Below, one piece after another: positions 16,325 through 25,517 of a stretch of 64,000 nt of DNA. A model generated the notes under the pieces. That model was not told where the DNA came from. It did no database searches and was given only the letters and a program-made list of their open reading frames with translations. The number at the start of each line of letters is the position of its first letter. Position 1 is the first letter of the stretch. A program made the position numbers and the translations under genes. This DNA comes from an uncultured Actinomycetota bacterium. Lineage in GTDB: Bacteria > Actinomycetota > Actinomycetes > Frankiales > Frankiaceae. The stretch lies in assembly GCA_963731205.1 (NCBI GenBank), contig CAVSUJ010000001.1:1160719-1224718 (forward strand), written 5' to 3'.

Positions 16325-16969
16325 GTGAGCTGCGTGACTTCTGCGGCCCCGCTCTCCCGCAGCGTGCGTACGGAAGCAGCCATTCTTGCCGCTACCCGCG
16401 AGCTGCTCGCCAAGGGCGGCGTGAGGGAGCTCACCGTCGAAGGAGTCGCCGCACGGTCCGGAGTGGCGAAGACGACGATCTACCGACGCTGGCGGTCCAA
16501 GGACGAGCTCGCGCTCGCCGTGCTCATCGACATGGTGCAGACGGTCGTCTCCGTGCCGGCATTGGCTGATACCCGCGCCGAGCTGATCGCCTTCGTCAAC
16601 GGAGCGGTCCGGGTGCTCGGCAAGACGCTCATGGGCACGGTGATGCAGGGCCTGGTACCCGAATTGGCGACCGATTCCGAGCTCGCCCGGGCCTTCCGGG
16701 AGCGCGTCGTCGCCATGCGCCTGGCCGAGGTCGACCGGCTGCTGCAGCGCGGCGTCGAACGCGGCGAGCTGCGCGCCGACATCGATGTCGGGGTGACGCA
16801 CGAGCTGCTCTTCGGCGCCGTCTACTACCGGCTGTTCCTCAGCGGCGAGCCGCTGGACCGCAAACTCGCCGAGCGCATCGTCGACGGCGTGCTGCCCGGA
16901 CTCCTCAAACCCGCCCGGCTCAAACCCGCGCCGCGAAGGGCTGCTGTCAGGCGCAGCGCCCGCGCCTAG
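16325..16969 (+). CDS. TetR/AcrR family transcriptional regulator
   Basis: HTH segment VEGVAARSGVAKTTIYRRWRSKDEL; 214 aa; divergent from the minus-strand operon. Confidence 0.9.
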   Translation: MSCVTSAAPLSRSVRTEAAILAATRELLAKGGVRELTVEGVAARSGVAKTTIYRRWRSKDELALAVLIDMVQTVVSVPALADTRAELIAFVNGAVRVLGKTLMGTVMQGLVPELATDSELARAFRERVVAMRLAEVDRLLQRGVERGELRADIDVGVTHELLFGAVYYRLFLSGEPLDRKLAERIVDGVLPGLLKPARLKPAPRRAAVRRSARA

Positions 16970-18231
16970 AACGGCGGGCAGTCGGTGAGGTCGGTTCTGG
17001 TGATGGTGCTGCGGTGGTCTTCGGGCGGAGTGTTGTAGTGGTGGCCGGTGGGGCTGGTCCAGGTGGTGGTGCCGGTGGTGGGGTTGGTGCGCAGGGTCCA
17101 GCGACCTTTGTGTTTGATCTTGTGGTGGGCCAGGCACATGGGTCGTAGGTTGTGGCGGTCGGTGCGGCCGCCGGCGGGGTCATCAGGGTCATAGCGCTGG
17201 GTGTGTTCGTTGTCGCAGCGCCGCGCGGGACGGCTGCAGGTCGGGAAAATGCAGGTGGAGTCACGGGTTTTGACGAACCGGGCGAGGGCTTGGCTGGGCC
17301 GGTAGGCGGTGTGGCCCAAGTCGAGCAGCCCACCGGTCTGGGGGTCGAGGATCATGCGACGCCACTTGCCGTCGGCGGCAAGGGTGCGAGCCAGCGGTGC
17401 CGGCAGCGGTCCGTAGCCGGCCAGCTCACCCGGGTTGTCTTGCAGGCCGAGCAGGGTGTGCAGGTCGATGGTGACGTTCACCGCCGCCGGCCGGGGTGCG
17501 CCGGTGCGGCCGGCGACCAGATCGACCAGCGCATCGGCGCGTAACGCGTCGATCGGCAGCCAACCGTCAGACCCCGGCGGTGGCCCGGCTGCCTTGTGGC
17601 GCTGGGCGACCGCCTCAGCAGCCTCATACACCGCCATCACCTCCCTCGCGGAGGTGATGAGGCGTAGTTCGGCCATCCCGTCGGGCAGCGGCTCCCAGCC
17701 CAGGCTACGGTCGGCATGGGCCTTGCGAACCCGATCGGCGGCCGATTCCGGATCGATACGCAGCACCGCCCGCTTCAGGCTGCGGCGCAGCTTTCCTACC
17801 GTCTGCCGGGCGGCCCGGCCAAGTACCCGCTCGGCCACGATCCTGGCCTTTTCCACCGTCAACCCGGACGTGGTCTCCGCGATGACATGAGCATGCCAGT
17901 AGGAAATGTCGCCCGCTGCCAGTGCCGCCTGCACCGCCGGTAGATCCAGTGTGATCCGGCGGGCGGTGTGCAGCCGGTCAGCGGCCGTACTGTCCGCGAG
18001 GCGAAGCGCCGCGCCGATCTCGGCATGCGCCGCCCGCAACGGCATATCCGCCGTTTCCCGCCGATCACGGGTGGCCTCGGCTATCGCCTCCACCGCATCA
18101 CCGACCGCCGCCAGCATCGGCTGCATACACGCGCACATCCACGCCGACTGCCGCTCCCAGGCGATCAGCAGATCCACCCGCGCCCCCGCGCTCAACCCCG
18201 CGGATCGATCGCCGCGAGCGCCGCCACACAC
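16966..18231 (-). CDS. DUF222 / HNH endonuclease family protein (13E12-repeat-like); N-terminus appears frameshifted
   Basis: The C-terminus reads CIFPTCSRPARRCDNEHTQRYD...GGRTDRHNLRPMCLAHHKIKH (HNH). A 34-codon ORF from ATG 18296 (MFEVLSPAGKVAAALIAPPGPECVAALAAIDPRG*) reads like the missing N-terminus in another frame. Confidence 0.8.
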   Translation of the reverse strand: MCGGARGDRSAGLSAGARVDLLIAWERQSAWMCACMQPMLAAVGDAVEAIAEATRDRRETADMPLRAAHAEIGAALRLADSTAADRLHTARRITLDLPAVQAALAAGDISYWHAHVIAETTSGLTVEKARIVAERVLGRAARQTVGKLRRSLKRAVLRIDPESAADRVRKAHADRSLGWEPLPDGMAELRLITSAREVMAVYEAAEAVAQRHKAAGPPPGSDGWLPIDALRADALVDLVAGRTGAPRPAAVNVTIDLHTLLGLQDNPGELAGYGPLPAPLARTLAADGKWRRMILDPQTGGLLDLGHTAYRPSQALARFVKTRDSTCIFPTCSRPARRCDNEHTQRYDPDDPAGGRTDRHNLRPMCLAHHKIKHKGRWTLRTNPTTGTTTWTSPTGHHYNTPPEDHRSTITRTDLTDCPPF

Positions 18232-18411
18232 TCCGGGCCCGGCGGTGCGATCAACGCCGCCGCGACCTTCCCAGCAGGACTCAACACTTCGAACATGTGT
18301 GCGAGTCTATCAGGAGCCCATGCCCCAAAACCCCTGTCATTCGCAGGCGAAAGCGGGCAGTTCGCTCAACCTGGCGATCGCGCATCATCGAATGTGTGGC
18401 AGCCTTCCCCC

Positions 18412-18981
18412 ATGATGGACGAGTACGCGAAGACCTCCTTGCACGATGAGTTGAGGCGCGCCCGTGAGGCCCTGCTCTGGAAAATCGATGGTCTCTCCGA
18501 GTACGAGATCCGGCGGCCGCTGACGGCGACCGGGACCAACCTGCTGGGCCTGATCAAACACACAGCAACGTGGGAGGCCCGGTATTTCGGCGAGGTCTTC
18601 GGCCGGCCATTTCCGGAGCCGCTGGCGCGGTGGCAAGACTCTGACGGCAGCGATCTGTGGGTGACCGCGCAGGAGAGCCGCGCTCAGATCACCGACTTCT
18701 ACCGGCACGCCTGGAGGCATGCTGATGACACGATTCACGAGCTGCCGATCGACGCTCCAGGACACGTGCCATGGTGGTCTCGTCCCGAGGTGAAACTGTT
18801 CACCGTCATGGTCCACGTCCTCAACGACACGACCCGCCACGCCGGCCACGCAGACATCTTGCGTGAACATCTCGACGGCCACACGGGTGTCGCCGCGGGG
18901 CAGCAAGAGCAGATCGACACGGCTGCTCGCGAGGCTCATTGCGCGAAGGTAGAGGCGGCCGCAAGAGCGGCCGCGGCCTAG
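18412..18981 (+). CDS. DinB-family (DUF664) protein
   Basis: ATG 18412. LLWKIDGLSEYEIRRPL, IKHTATWEARYF and TRHAGHADILRE are metal-binding His motifs typical of DinB_2/DUF664. Confidence 0.75.
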   Translation: MMDEYAKTSLHDELRRAREALLWKIDGLSEYEIRRPLTATGTNLLGLIKHTATWEARYFGEVFGRPFPEPLARWQDSDGSDLWVTAQESRAQITDFYRHAWRHADDTIHELPIDAPGHVPWWSRPEVKLFTVMVHVLNDTTRHAGHADILREHLDGHTGVAAGQQEQIDTAAREAHCAKVEAAARAAAA

Positions 18982-18987
18982 TTGCGG

Positions 18988-19314
18988 CTACCCGTCGACC
19001 GCCATCTCACCGAGCTCCGACCAGTCGTCCTGCGGTATCGAGGTGTTCAGCACCCGCGGCGTCTCGACGAGCAGCGGCGGCAGATCCTGGCGCGCCTGCT
19101 GGAAGTGATCCGACTGCACGTGAGCAGCGCCCGCAGCGTCGTCCCGGAAGGCCTCGATGAGGACGTATTCGGTGCGGTCGTCGAGACTTCGTGACCAGTC
19201 GAACCACAGGCAGCCCGGCTCGGCGCGAACCGCCTCGGTGAAGGTGGCCGTCAGCTCGGGCCACTGGTCGGCGTACTCGGGCCGCACCCGGAACTTCGCC
19301 GCTATGAAAATCAT
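18988..19314 (-). CDS. antibiotic-biosynthesis-monooxygenase (ABM) domain protein
   Basis: 108 aa from MIFIAAKFRVRPEY...YVLIEAFRDDAAGAAHVQSDHFQQ, a ferredoxin-like ABM signature. Confidence 0.7.
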   Translation of the reverse strand: MIFIAAKFRVRPEYADQWPELTATFTEAVRAEPGCLWFDWSRSLDDRTEYVLIEAFRDDAAGAAHVQSDHFQQARQDLPPLLVETPRVLNTSIPQDDWSELGEMAVDG

Positions 19315-19430
19315 CGCCGCCCCTTTCGGAGGTCTTCCCCACGATCGTGACAGATGGGCACCCCTACCGCGACGAGGCGATAAGTATCTAGAGGATTGAC
19401 CCCTCCCCGCTCGGATCGCCCGCACTTCAC

Positions 19431-20951
19431 TTGGTAGCGTCACGCCTTGTGAGTGGGCACAGCGGAAGCGATTGGGACTCCACGCTCGACGACCTGGATC
19501 GGCGCTATGCGGCGAGCCGGGCGATGGGCGGCGAGACCCGCCTCGCGAAGCATCACGCGGCGGGCAAGCTCGATGCCCGGGCGCGGGTCGAAACCCTTCT
19601 GGATCCCGGCACTTTCCGCGAGATCGGCACGCTGACCGGCGGCGAGGTCCCGGCTGATGCGCTGGTCTGTGGTTCCGGGCTCATCGACGGCCGTCCGGTA
19701 CTGGTCGGCGCGGAAGACTTCACGACGCTGGCCGGCTCGATCGGCGGCGGCAGCAACGCCAAGCGCTACCGGATCGCCGAACTCGCTCTGCAGTACAAGG
19801 TCCCGCTGATCATGCTGCTCGAGGGGGCCGGCTACCGCCCGGCGGGACACACCGGCGGACGCTTCCCGGTCGACCTCGGGATGCAGGCCCGCTGCTCGGG
19901 GCAGGTGCCCGTGATCTGCGGTGTCCTCGGCGCTTCGGCGGGTCACGGGGCGCTCATCGCGCCGATGTCGGACTTCTGCGTGATGACGCAGCAGGCGTCG
20001 ATCTTCACTGCGGGCCCACCCGTCGTGAAGCAGTCCACCGGCGAAGACGTGACGAAGGAAGCTCTCGGCGGCCCGTCGGTCGCGATCGCGAGCGGGCTGG
20101 TGCACAACGTGGCGGGCGATGACGCCGACGCGCTCGGGCAGATCCGCCGCTACCTCAGCTACTTCCCGTCCAGCGCCTGGGCCTATCCCGATCGCCGCGG
20201 CGAGGACGAGACCACGCTCCCCCGCGCGACGCCGGAGCTCGTCGACCTGGTCCCGCGCGACAACCGGCGGGTGTACGACATGCGCCGCGTCATCGACTCG
20301 ATCGTCGACACCCAGGACTGGTTCGAGGTCCAGCCGACCTTCGGCACCGCCATGATCTGCGCGCTCGCCCATCTCGGCGGCAATCCGATCGCCATCGTCG
20401 CCAATCAGCCGCGCGTGATGGCTGGTTCGATCGACTCCCGCGCCGCTGACAAGGCAGCTCATTTCATCACCGTCGCCGATTCCTTCCACGTCCCGCTGCT
20501 CTTCCTGGCCGACAACCCCGGCGTCATGCCCGGCACCCGATCCGAGCAGACCGGCATCCTGCGCAGCGGCGCCCGCATGTATGCCGCCCAGGCGCTGGCC
20601 ACCACGCCCAAGCTCGAGGTGACGTTGCGCAAGGCCTACGGCTTCGGCTCGATGGTGATGGCGATGGCTCCGTTCGACAGCCAGACCGCGACCTTCGCCT
20701 ATCCGGGAGCCACCATGGGCGCCATGGGAGCGGCAGCCCAGGGCTCGGCCATCAACGCCGACGCCGATCAGGCGGAGTCGCTGCGCCGGGCCGAGCTGCA
20801 GGCGTCCTACCGCTCCGCCGAAGGGCTGGGCTTCGACGAGCTGATCGACCCGCGCCAGACGCGCAATGCCTTGCTCGACGCCCTCACCCGCGGGCTCTGG
20901 ACGCGTCAGCAACCTGCCGCGCCGGTGCTGCGCGTCGGTGTGACTCCGTAG
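19431..20951 (+). CDS. acyl-CoA carboxylase beta subunit (carboxyltransferase, AccD/PccB-like)
   Basis: 506 aa with two crotonase-like CT halves. Motifs include AAGKLDARARVETLLDPGTFREIG, LLEGAGYR and PLLFLADNPGVMPG. The start could instead be GTG 19449. Confidence 0.85.
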   Translation: MVASRLVSGHSGSDWDSTLDDLDRRYAASRAMGGETRLAKHHAAGKLDARARVETLLDPGTFREIGTLTGGEVPADALVCGSGLIDGRPVLVGAEDFTTLAGSIGGGSNAKRYRIAELALQYKVPLIMLLEGAGYRPAGHTGGRFPVDLGMQARCSGQVPVICGVLGASAGHGALIAPMSDFCVMTQQASIFTAGPPVVKQSTGEDVTKEALGGPSVAIASGLVHNVAGDDADALGQIRRYLSYFPSSAWAYPDRRGEDETTLPRATPELVDLVPRDNRRVYDMRRVIDSIVDTQDWFEVQPTFGTAMICALAHLGGNPIAIVANQPRVMAGSIDSRAADKAAHFITVADSFHVPLLFLADNPGVMPGTRSEQTGILRSGARMYAAQALATTPKLEVTLRKAYGFGSMVMAMAPFDSQTATFAYPGATMGAMGAAAQGSAINADADQAESLRRAELQASYRSAEGLGFDELIDPRQTRNALLDALTRGLWTRQQPAAPVLRVGVTP

Positions 20952-20954
20952 CTG

Positions 20955-22010
20955 CTAGACCACCAGGTCGAAGGAACCGAGGTCGCGGATCGCGGCAGCG
21001 GAACGCTCGGCCATGACGGTGAACATCGCGAGCCCCCGCTCGGTCGGCGCCGCGACCGCCTCGCCGAGGATGCAGATGTAGGGGCCTTGAAAGAGGCCGT
21101 AGCGGTAGTCCTCCCAGCACTGCTCGGCGGTGTAACCCGTCACGCCGAGCTCGATCAGCCGGTCGAAGTAAGCACGGACGATGGCGCGCTCGTGATCGCG
21201 GCGGGTGGCGGGATCCAGCCCGGTGCCGATCAGGTAGGCGACATCGCGCAGCGGCAGGCCGGTCGAGAGCGACTGCCAGTCGACAGCGGTGACCGCCGGC
21301 AGCCCGCTTGCGGCCGGCGCGAAGAGCAGGTTGTCGAGCCGATAGTCGTTGTGTACCAGGGCGAATGGCGACGGCCGTCCGGTGACCCAGGCGGGGAAGA
21401 TCGACGCGAAGCCCGTGAAGACCCTGGCGGTCGCCGGGTCGAGCTGCCGGCGCCCGAGGAACGCTTCGGCCGCACCCCCGAGCATCGGTCCGGTCAGCTC
21501 GGCGAGGGCAGCGGCGCTAGGGATGATCGTGTCTATTGAGCGGACGGCCGGATCACACCAGCTGCCCGCGTGCAGTCCCGCAAGCGCGACCACTGCATCC
21601 TTCGCCTGGGCGGCGGTGCAGCCGGCGATCTGATCGCCCACCGAGGCCGGCGACATGTCCTGCAGCAGCAGGGTGAAGCTGGTGGCGTCGTCGTTCACCA
21701 CCGCCAGATAGCTCTCCGGGACGGCTATCGCCAACCTGGGCGCGATGTCGCGGTAGAAGCTCACCTCGGTGCGATACGTCATGGCCGCACCGGCGCGCAC
21801 CGCCGGGTCGGCCGAGGGCAGCTTGGCGATGAGCTGCCCCGGGCCCTCTCCACGGGCGTATCGAATGACGAGCCGGTAGCACGAAGCCATCTGGCCGGTA
21901 CCCACCGCTGACACCGAGACATCGCTGACGGCAGCATCGATTCCTGCTGCCGCCAGCACCTCGGTGAGCCACTCCGGCGTGAGATCCGCCGGATCGACGA
22001 CGATCCTCAC
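20955..22010 (-). CDS. phosphotransferase family protein (APH/choline-kinase fold)
   Basis: Catalytic loop LVHNDYRLDNLLF, plus VDWQS and a Brenner-type motif; 351 aa. Confidence 0.8.
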   Translation of the reverse strand: MRIVVDPADLTPEWLTEVLAAAGIDAAVSDVSVSAVGTGQMASCYRLVIRYARGEGPGQLIAKLPSADPAVRAGAAMTYRTEVSFYRDIAPRLAIAVPESYLAVVNDDATSFTLLLQDMSPASVGDQIAGCTAAQAKDAVVALAGLHAGSWCDPAVRSIDTIIPSAAALAELTGPMLGGAAEAFLGRRQLDPATARVFTGFASIFPAWVTGRPSPFALVHNDYRLDNLLFAPAASGLPAVTAVDWQSLSTGLPLRDVAYLIGTGLDPATRRDHERAIVRAYFDRLIELGVTGYTAEQCWEDYRYGLFQGPYICILGEAVAAPTERGLAMFTVMAERSAAAIRDLGSFDLVV

Positions 22011-22017
22011 TCCGGAA

Positions 22018-23133
22018 TCAGTGTTCGAGATCGATGACCCCGCGCATGTTGAGCCCGTTGCGCATGTCGCTGTAGCCCTCGTTCACCTGATCCAGCGAGT
22101 AGCGCCGGGTGATGAGCTCATCCAGCTTCAGCCGCCCCTGCCGGTAGTGGTTGAGCATGGCGGGGATGTCCTTGGTCGGGCTGCTCGCGCCGAACAGCGA
22201 ACCCTGGATCCGCTTCTGGAACAGCGTGATCATCGCCGCGGAGACGGGGATGGAGGCGTCCATCATGTTGCCCAGCCCGGTGAGCACGCACGTGCCGGCC
22301 TTGCGGATCGCGTCGACCCCCTGGGCGATGTGCTCCCCGGTCGTCACGCCGACGCAGACGATGCACGAATCGGCGCCCTGCCCGTTGGTGAAGCTGCGGG
22401 CGATCTCGGTGCCCTCTTCCATCGTGGCGACGGCATGGGTCGCACCGAGCTTCAGCGCCATCTCGCGCTTCATCTCCACCGGGTCGACGGCGATCAGGAC
22501 GCTCGCACCCGCATGCGCCGCGCCCTGCACCGCGTTGATGCCGATGCCGCCGACGCCCATGACGATGACCACGTCACCGGCGCGGACCTCGGCCGAGTTC
22601 ACCGCCGAGCCCCAGCCGGTGCCGACGCCGCAGCTCGTCAGGCAGGCGACGTCGAGCGGGATGTCATCGGGACACGGGATGGCCGACATGGTGGAGACGG
22701 TCGTGTACTGGCTGAAGGTCGAGATGCCCGCCATCTGGCCGACCGGCTTCCCGTCCAGGTGCATGCGGTAGCTGCCGTCCATCCGGATGCCGGCGAGCGT
22801 ATTGGCGCCGTTGTCGCAGAGGTTCTGCATGCCGGACGCGCACCAGCGGCAGTGCCCGCAGGCCGGTAGGAACGACAGGACGACACGGTCGCCGACGTTC
22901 CACTCCGGGGTGCTCGGCCCGACCTGCTCGACGATGCCGGCGCCCTCGTGGCCGCCGCACATGAATCCGCCGCCGATGGGCAGGTCGCCGGTGGCGATGT
23001 GGTCATCGGAGTGACACATGCCGGCATGCTCGAGGCGGACCAGCAGCTCGTCCTGCCGCGGCTCTTCGAGCTCGACCTCGAGGATCTCCCACTTGCCCGG
23101 TTGCTCGCGAAGGACGGCTGCCTGGGTCTTCAT
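22018..23133 (-). CDS. zinc-dependent alcohol dehydrogenase (NDMA-dependent-ADH-like subgroup)
   Basis: MKTQAAVLREQPGKWEI, catalytic CHSDDH..GHEGAG, structural Zn site CGHCRWCASGMQNLC, Rossmann VMGVGGIG. Confidence 0.85.
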   Translation of the reverse strand: MKTQAAVLREQPGKWEILEVELEEPRQDELLVRLEHAGMCHSDDHIATGDLPIGGGFMCGGHEGAGIVEQVGPSTPEWNVGDRVVLSFLPACGHCRWCASGMQNLCDNGANTLAGIRMDGSYRMHLDGKPVGQMAGISTFSQYTTVSTMSAIPCPDDIPLDVACLTSCGVGTGWGSAVNSAEVRAGDVVIVMGVGGIGINAVQGAAHAGASVLIAVDPVEMKREMALKLGATHAVATMEEGTEIARSFTNGQGADSCIVCVGVTTGEHIAQGVDAIRKAGTCVLTGLGNMMDASIPVSAAMITLFQKRIQGSLFGASSPTKDIPAMLNHYRQGRLKLDELITRRYSLDQVNEGYSDMRNGLNMRGVIDLEH

Positions 23134-23205
23134 TGCGTTCCTGCCTATCGTCTCGGCCGACTGCTGCGACATTCTGCGACACTCCGCGGTCAAACTAACT
23201 CCCGC

Positions 23206-24006
23206 TCACTCCCCGCGAAAGACCGGAGTGCGCTTCTCGTGATACGCCATCATCGCCTCCGCCATGTCGGCCGTACCGACATTGACGTTCTGCGCCAGCG
23301 TTTCGGTTTCCAGCGCGCTCGCGAGTGAGCTGTTGGCGGCATTCGTCAGCATGCGCTTGGTGATGGACAACGCGATGGGCGGCCCAGCGGCGATCCGCGC
23401 CGCCACCTCGGCGACCTTGGCATCGAGCTCGTCCGTGGGCAGGACACCGTTGAGGAGGCCGAGCCCGTTAGCGCGGTCGGCGTCCATCATCTCGGCGGTC
23501 AGCGCGATCTCCTTGGCGCGATGGATTCCGACGCGCTGGGCAAGGAACCAGGAGGTGCCGAAGTCCAGGCTCAGGCCGAGCTTGGCGAAAATCGCCGAAA
23601 ACCGGGCTCTTTCGGAGCAGAACAGCATGTCGGCCGCCATCGCCAGCCCGAAGCCGGCGCCCACGGCGACGCCGTCGACCTTCGCGATGACCGGAACGGG
23701 ACATTCGTGCACCGCCATGACGGCGCCCGCGAGCCGGCGCATCCCGTTGACCTTGTTGCCTTCCCAGCCGGGATCGGGCTCGTCGCCGCCGCTGAGATCG
23801 GCTCCAGAGCAGAAATCGCCGTTGGCTCCGGTGAGGATGACGACCCGCGCATCGCTCGTGGCGAGATCACGGAACGTGTCGCGAATGGCCAGCCACATTC
23901 CCATGGAACACGCGTTGCGCCGGCCCGGGTTGTCGAGTGTCACCGTCGCGACGAAGCCGTCGCGTTCGAGCCTGACCTTGGTGTGCAAATCGGTACTGGT
24001 GCTCAA
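23206..24006 (-). CDS. enoyl-CoA hydratase/isomerase family protein
   Basis: Crotonase fold: VATVTLDNPGRRNA, ILTGANGDFCSGADL, IAKVDGVAVGAGFGLA. The TTG start overlaps the upstream stop (TTGA). Confidence 0.85.
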   Translation of the reverse strand: MSTSTDLHTKVRLERDGFVATVTLDNPGRRNACSMGMWLAIRDTFRDLATSDARVVILTGANGDFCSGADLSGGDEPDPGWEGNKVNGMRRLAGAVMAVHECPVPVIAKVDGVAVGAGFGLAMAADMLFCSERARFSAIFAKLGLSLDFGTSWFLAQRVGIHRAKEIALTAEMMDADRANGLGLLNGVLPTDELDAKVAEVAARIAAGPPIALSITKRMLTNAANSSLASALETETLAQNVNVGTADMAEAMMAYHEKRTPVFRGE

Positions 24007-25517
24007 CTTCGCCCCTTGCTCCGCAGCAGCTCCTGGAGTGCTGACTTGTCTACTTTGGCGGTTGCCGTCATGGGTACGTCGTTCGCGTCGCCGATGACCC
24101 AGATCGTCGGCACCTTGAAGGCGCTGAGGCGGGCCCGCGCGGCTCGGGCAACCTGCTCCAGCGGCGCGGAGGTGACGACGTACGCGGCGACCTGCGCAGC
24201 GCCGGACTCGTCGCGTACATCGGTGACGAACGCGAGCCGCACCTCGTCGATGGCCCGCAGCGCCCCCTCCACCTCGGTCGGGAAAACCGTGGCGCCCTTG
24301 ACCTTGAACATGTCGTCGCGCCGGCCGCCGTACCAGAGGTAGCCGTCGTCATCGAGCGATCCGAGGTCGCCGGTGGGATAGAAACCGTCGGGGCGGAAGA
24401 CCTCTTCGCGCGTACGCCCGCACATGCCACGCATGACGTTGGGACCGCGCACGCAGATCTCGCCGGTGACCCCAGCTGCGCATTCCTCGCCGCTTTCCGG
24501 GTCGAGGATCCGGACCTCGAAGCCTTCGAAAGGCCTGCCGCAGCTGCCGAACTTGGCGGGCGGGAGGTCGAGGTCGAGCCGGTCTCCGCAGTAGGGGCCG
24601 AAGGTCTCGGTCATGCCGAACAGGTTGGCGCGGGCACCGGGCCCGGCCCTGAGTCCGGGGGGTAGCACCGCGGCAAGGCTGCCCGGGCGCAGGCTGGAAA
24701 GGTCGGCATCAGCGAAACTCGGATGTGCGGCGAGGCGTGCCGCCTGATCGGGCCAGCCACGAAAGAGCGTGGCGCGTTCCCTTTGGAGCATGGCCAGCGT
24801 GCGGTCGGGCTCGGGCACCGCTTCGGTGAGCAGCGTGGCGCCCGCGACGAGCACCGACATCAGGCCGCTGGAGAAGCCGCCGGTCCAGAAGAACGGCATC
24901 GGGATGTAGAGCCGCTCGTCACTGCCGACCCGGCGGCTCTCCAGCCCTGACGCGGTCGCTCGCAGTCCCCCGCCATGGGTATGGATGACGCCCTTCGGTG
25001 CTCCCCTGCTGCCGGACGTGAACAGCACCACCAGATCGTCCGCCGGCCGCACGTCGGCCTCCAGCGCCGCGACGAGATCGTCACTGACAGCGGGCTCGGG
25101 AAGCGCGTCGAGCGCCCAGACGTGTCGAAGCAGTGGCGGCGGGTCCAGGCTCTTGACCTCCTCCAGATATCTGCGGCCGCGAAACTCTCGCGCGACGATG
25201 AGATGGGTGACCCCGGCAACGTCCAATTGTGCTTTCAGTTCAGGGGGTTTCAGCAGTGTGCTGAGCGGCACGAGCACGGCGCCGATGCGCATGACCGCGA
25301 CCCCGGCGAGCACCCACTCGATGCCGTTGGGGGCCATCAGCGCGACGCGAGAGCCCTTGCCGACCCCGGCGGCGACGAGGCGGCCGGCGAGCTGACGGCT
25401 GCGGTCATCGAGCTCGGCGTGGGTGATGCTCCCGCCCTCCGACACGACGACCGGCTTGTCCGGCGCAGCGGCCCGGTTGCGCTGCAGGAGGCGTGGGAGC
25501 GTCAGCTCAGCGGGCAC
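24003..25517 (-). CDS. acyl-CoA synthetase / AMP-dependent ligase (paralogue 1)
   Basis: GTG 25517 overlaps the upstream gene by 11 nt. AMP-binding motifs LFTSGSRGAPKGV, YPTGDLG and the C-terminal SAFKVP. Confidence 0.85.
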   Translation of the reverse strand: MPAELTLPRLLQRNRAAAPDKPVVVSEGGSITHAELDDRSRQLAGRLVAAGVGKGSRVALMAPNGIEWVLAGVAVMRIGAVLVPLSTLLKPPELKAQLDVAGVTHLIVAREFRGRRYLEEVKSLDPPPLLRHVWALDALPEPAVSDDLVAALEADVRPADDLVVLFTSGSRGAPKGVIHTHGGGLRATASGLESRRVGSDERLYIPMPFFWTGGFSSGLMSVLVAGATLLTEAVPEPDRTLAMLQRERATLFRGWPDQAARLAAHPSFADADLSSLRPGSLAAVLPPGLRAGPGARANLFGMTETFGPYCGDRLDLDLPPAKFGSCGRPFEGFEVRILDPESGEECAAGVTGEICVRGPNVMRGMCGRTREEVFRPDGFYPTGDLGSLDDDGYLWYGGRRDDMFKVKGATVFPTEVEGALRAIDEVRLAFVTDVRDESGAAQVAAYVVTSAPLEQVARAARARLSAFKVPTIWVIGDANDVPMTATAKVDKSALQELLRSKGRS

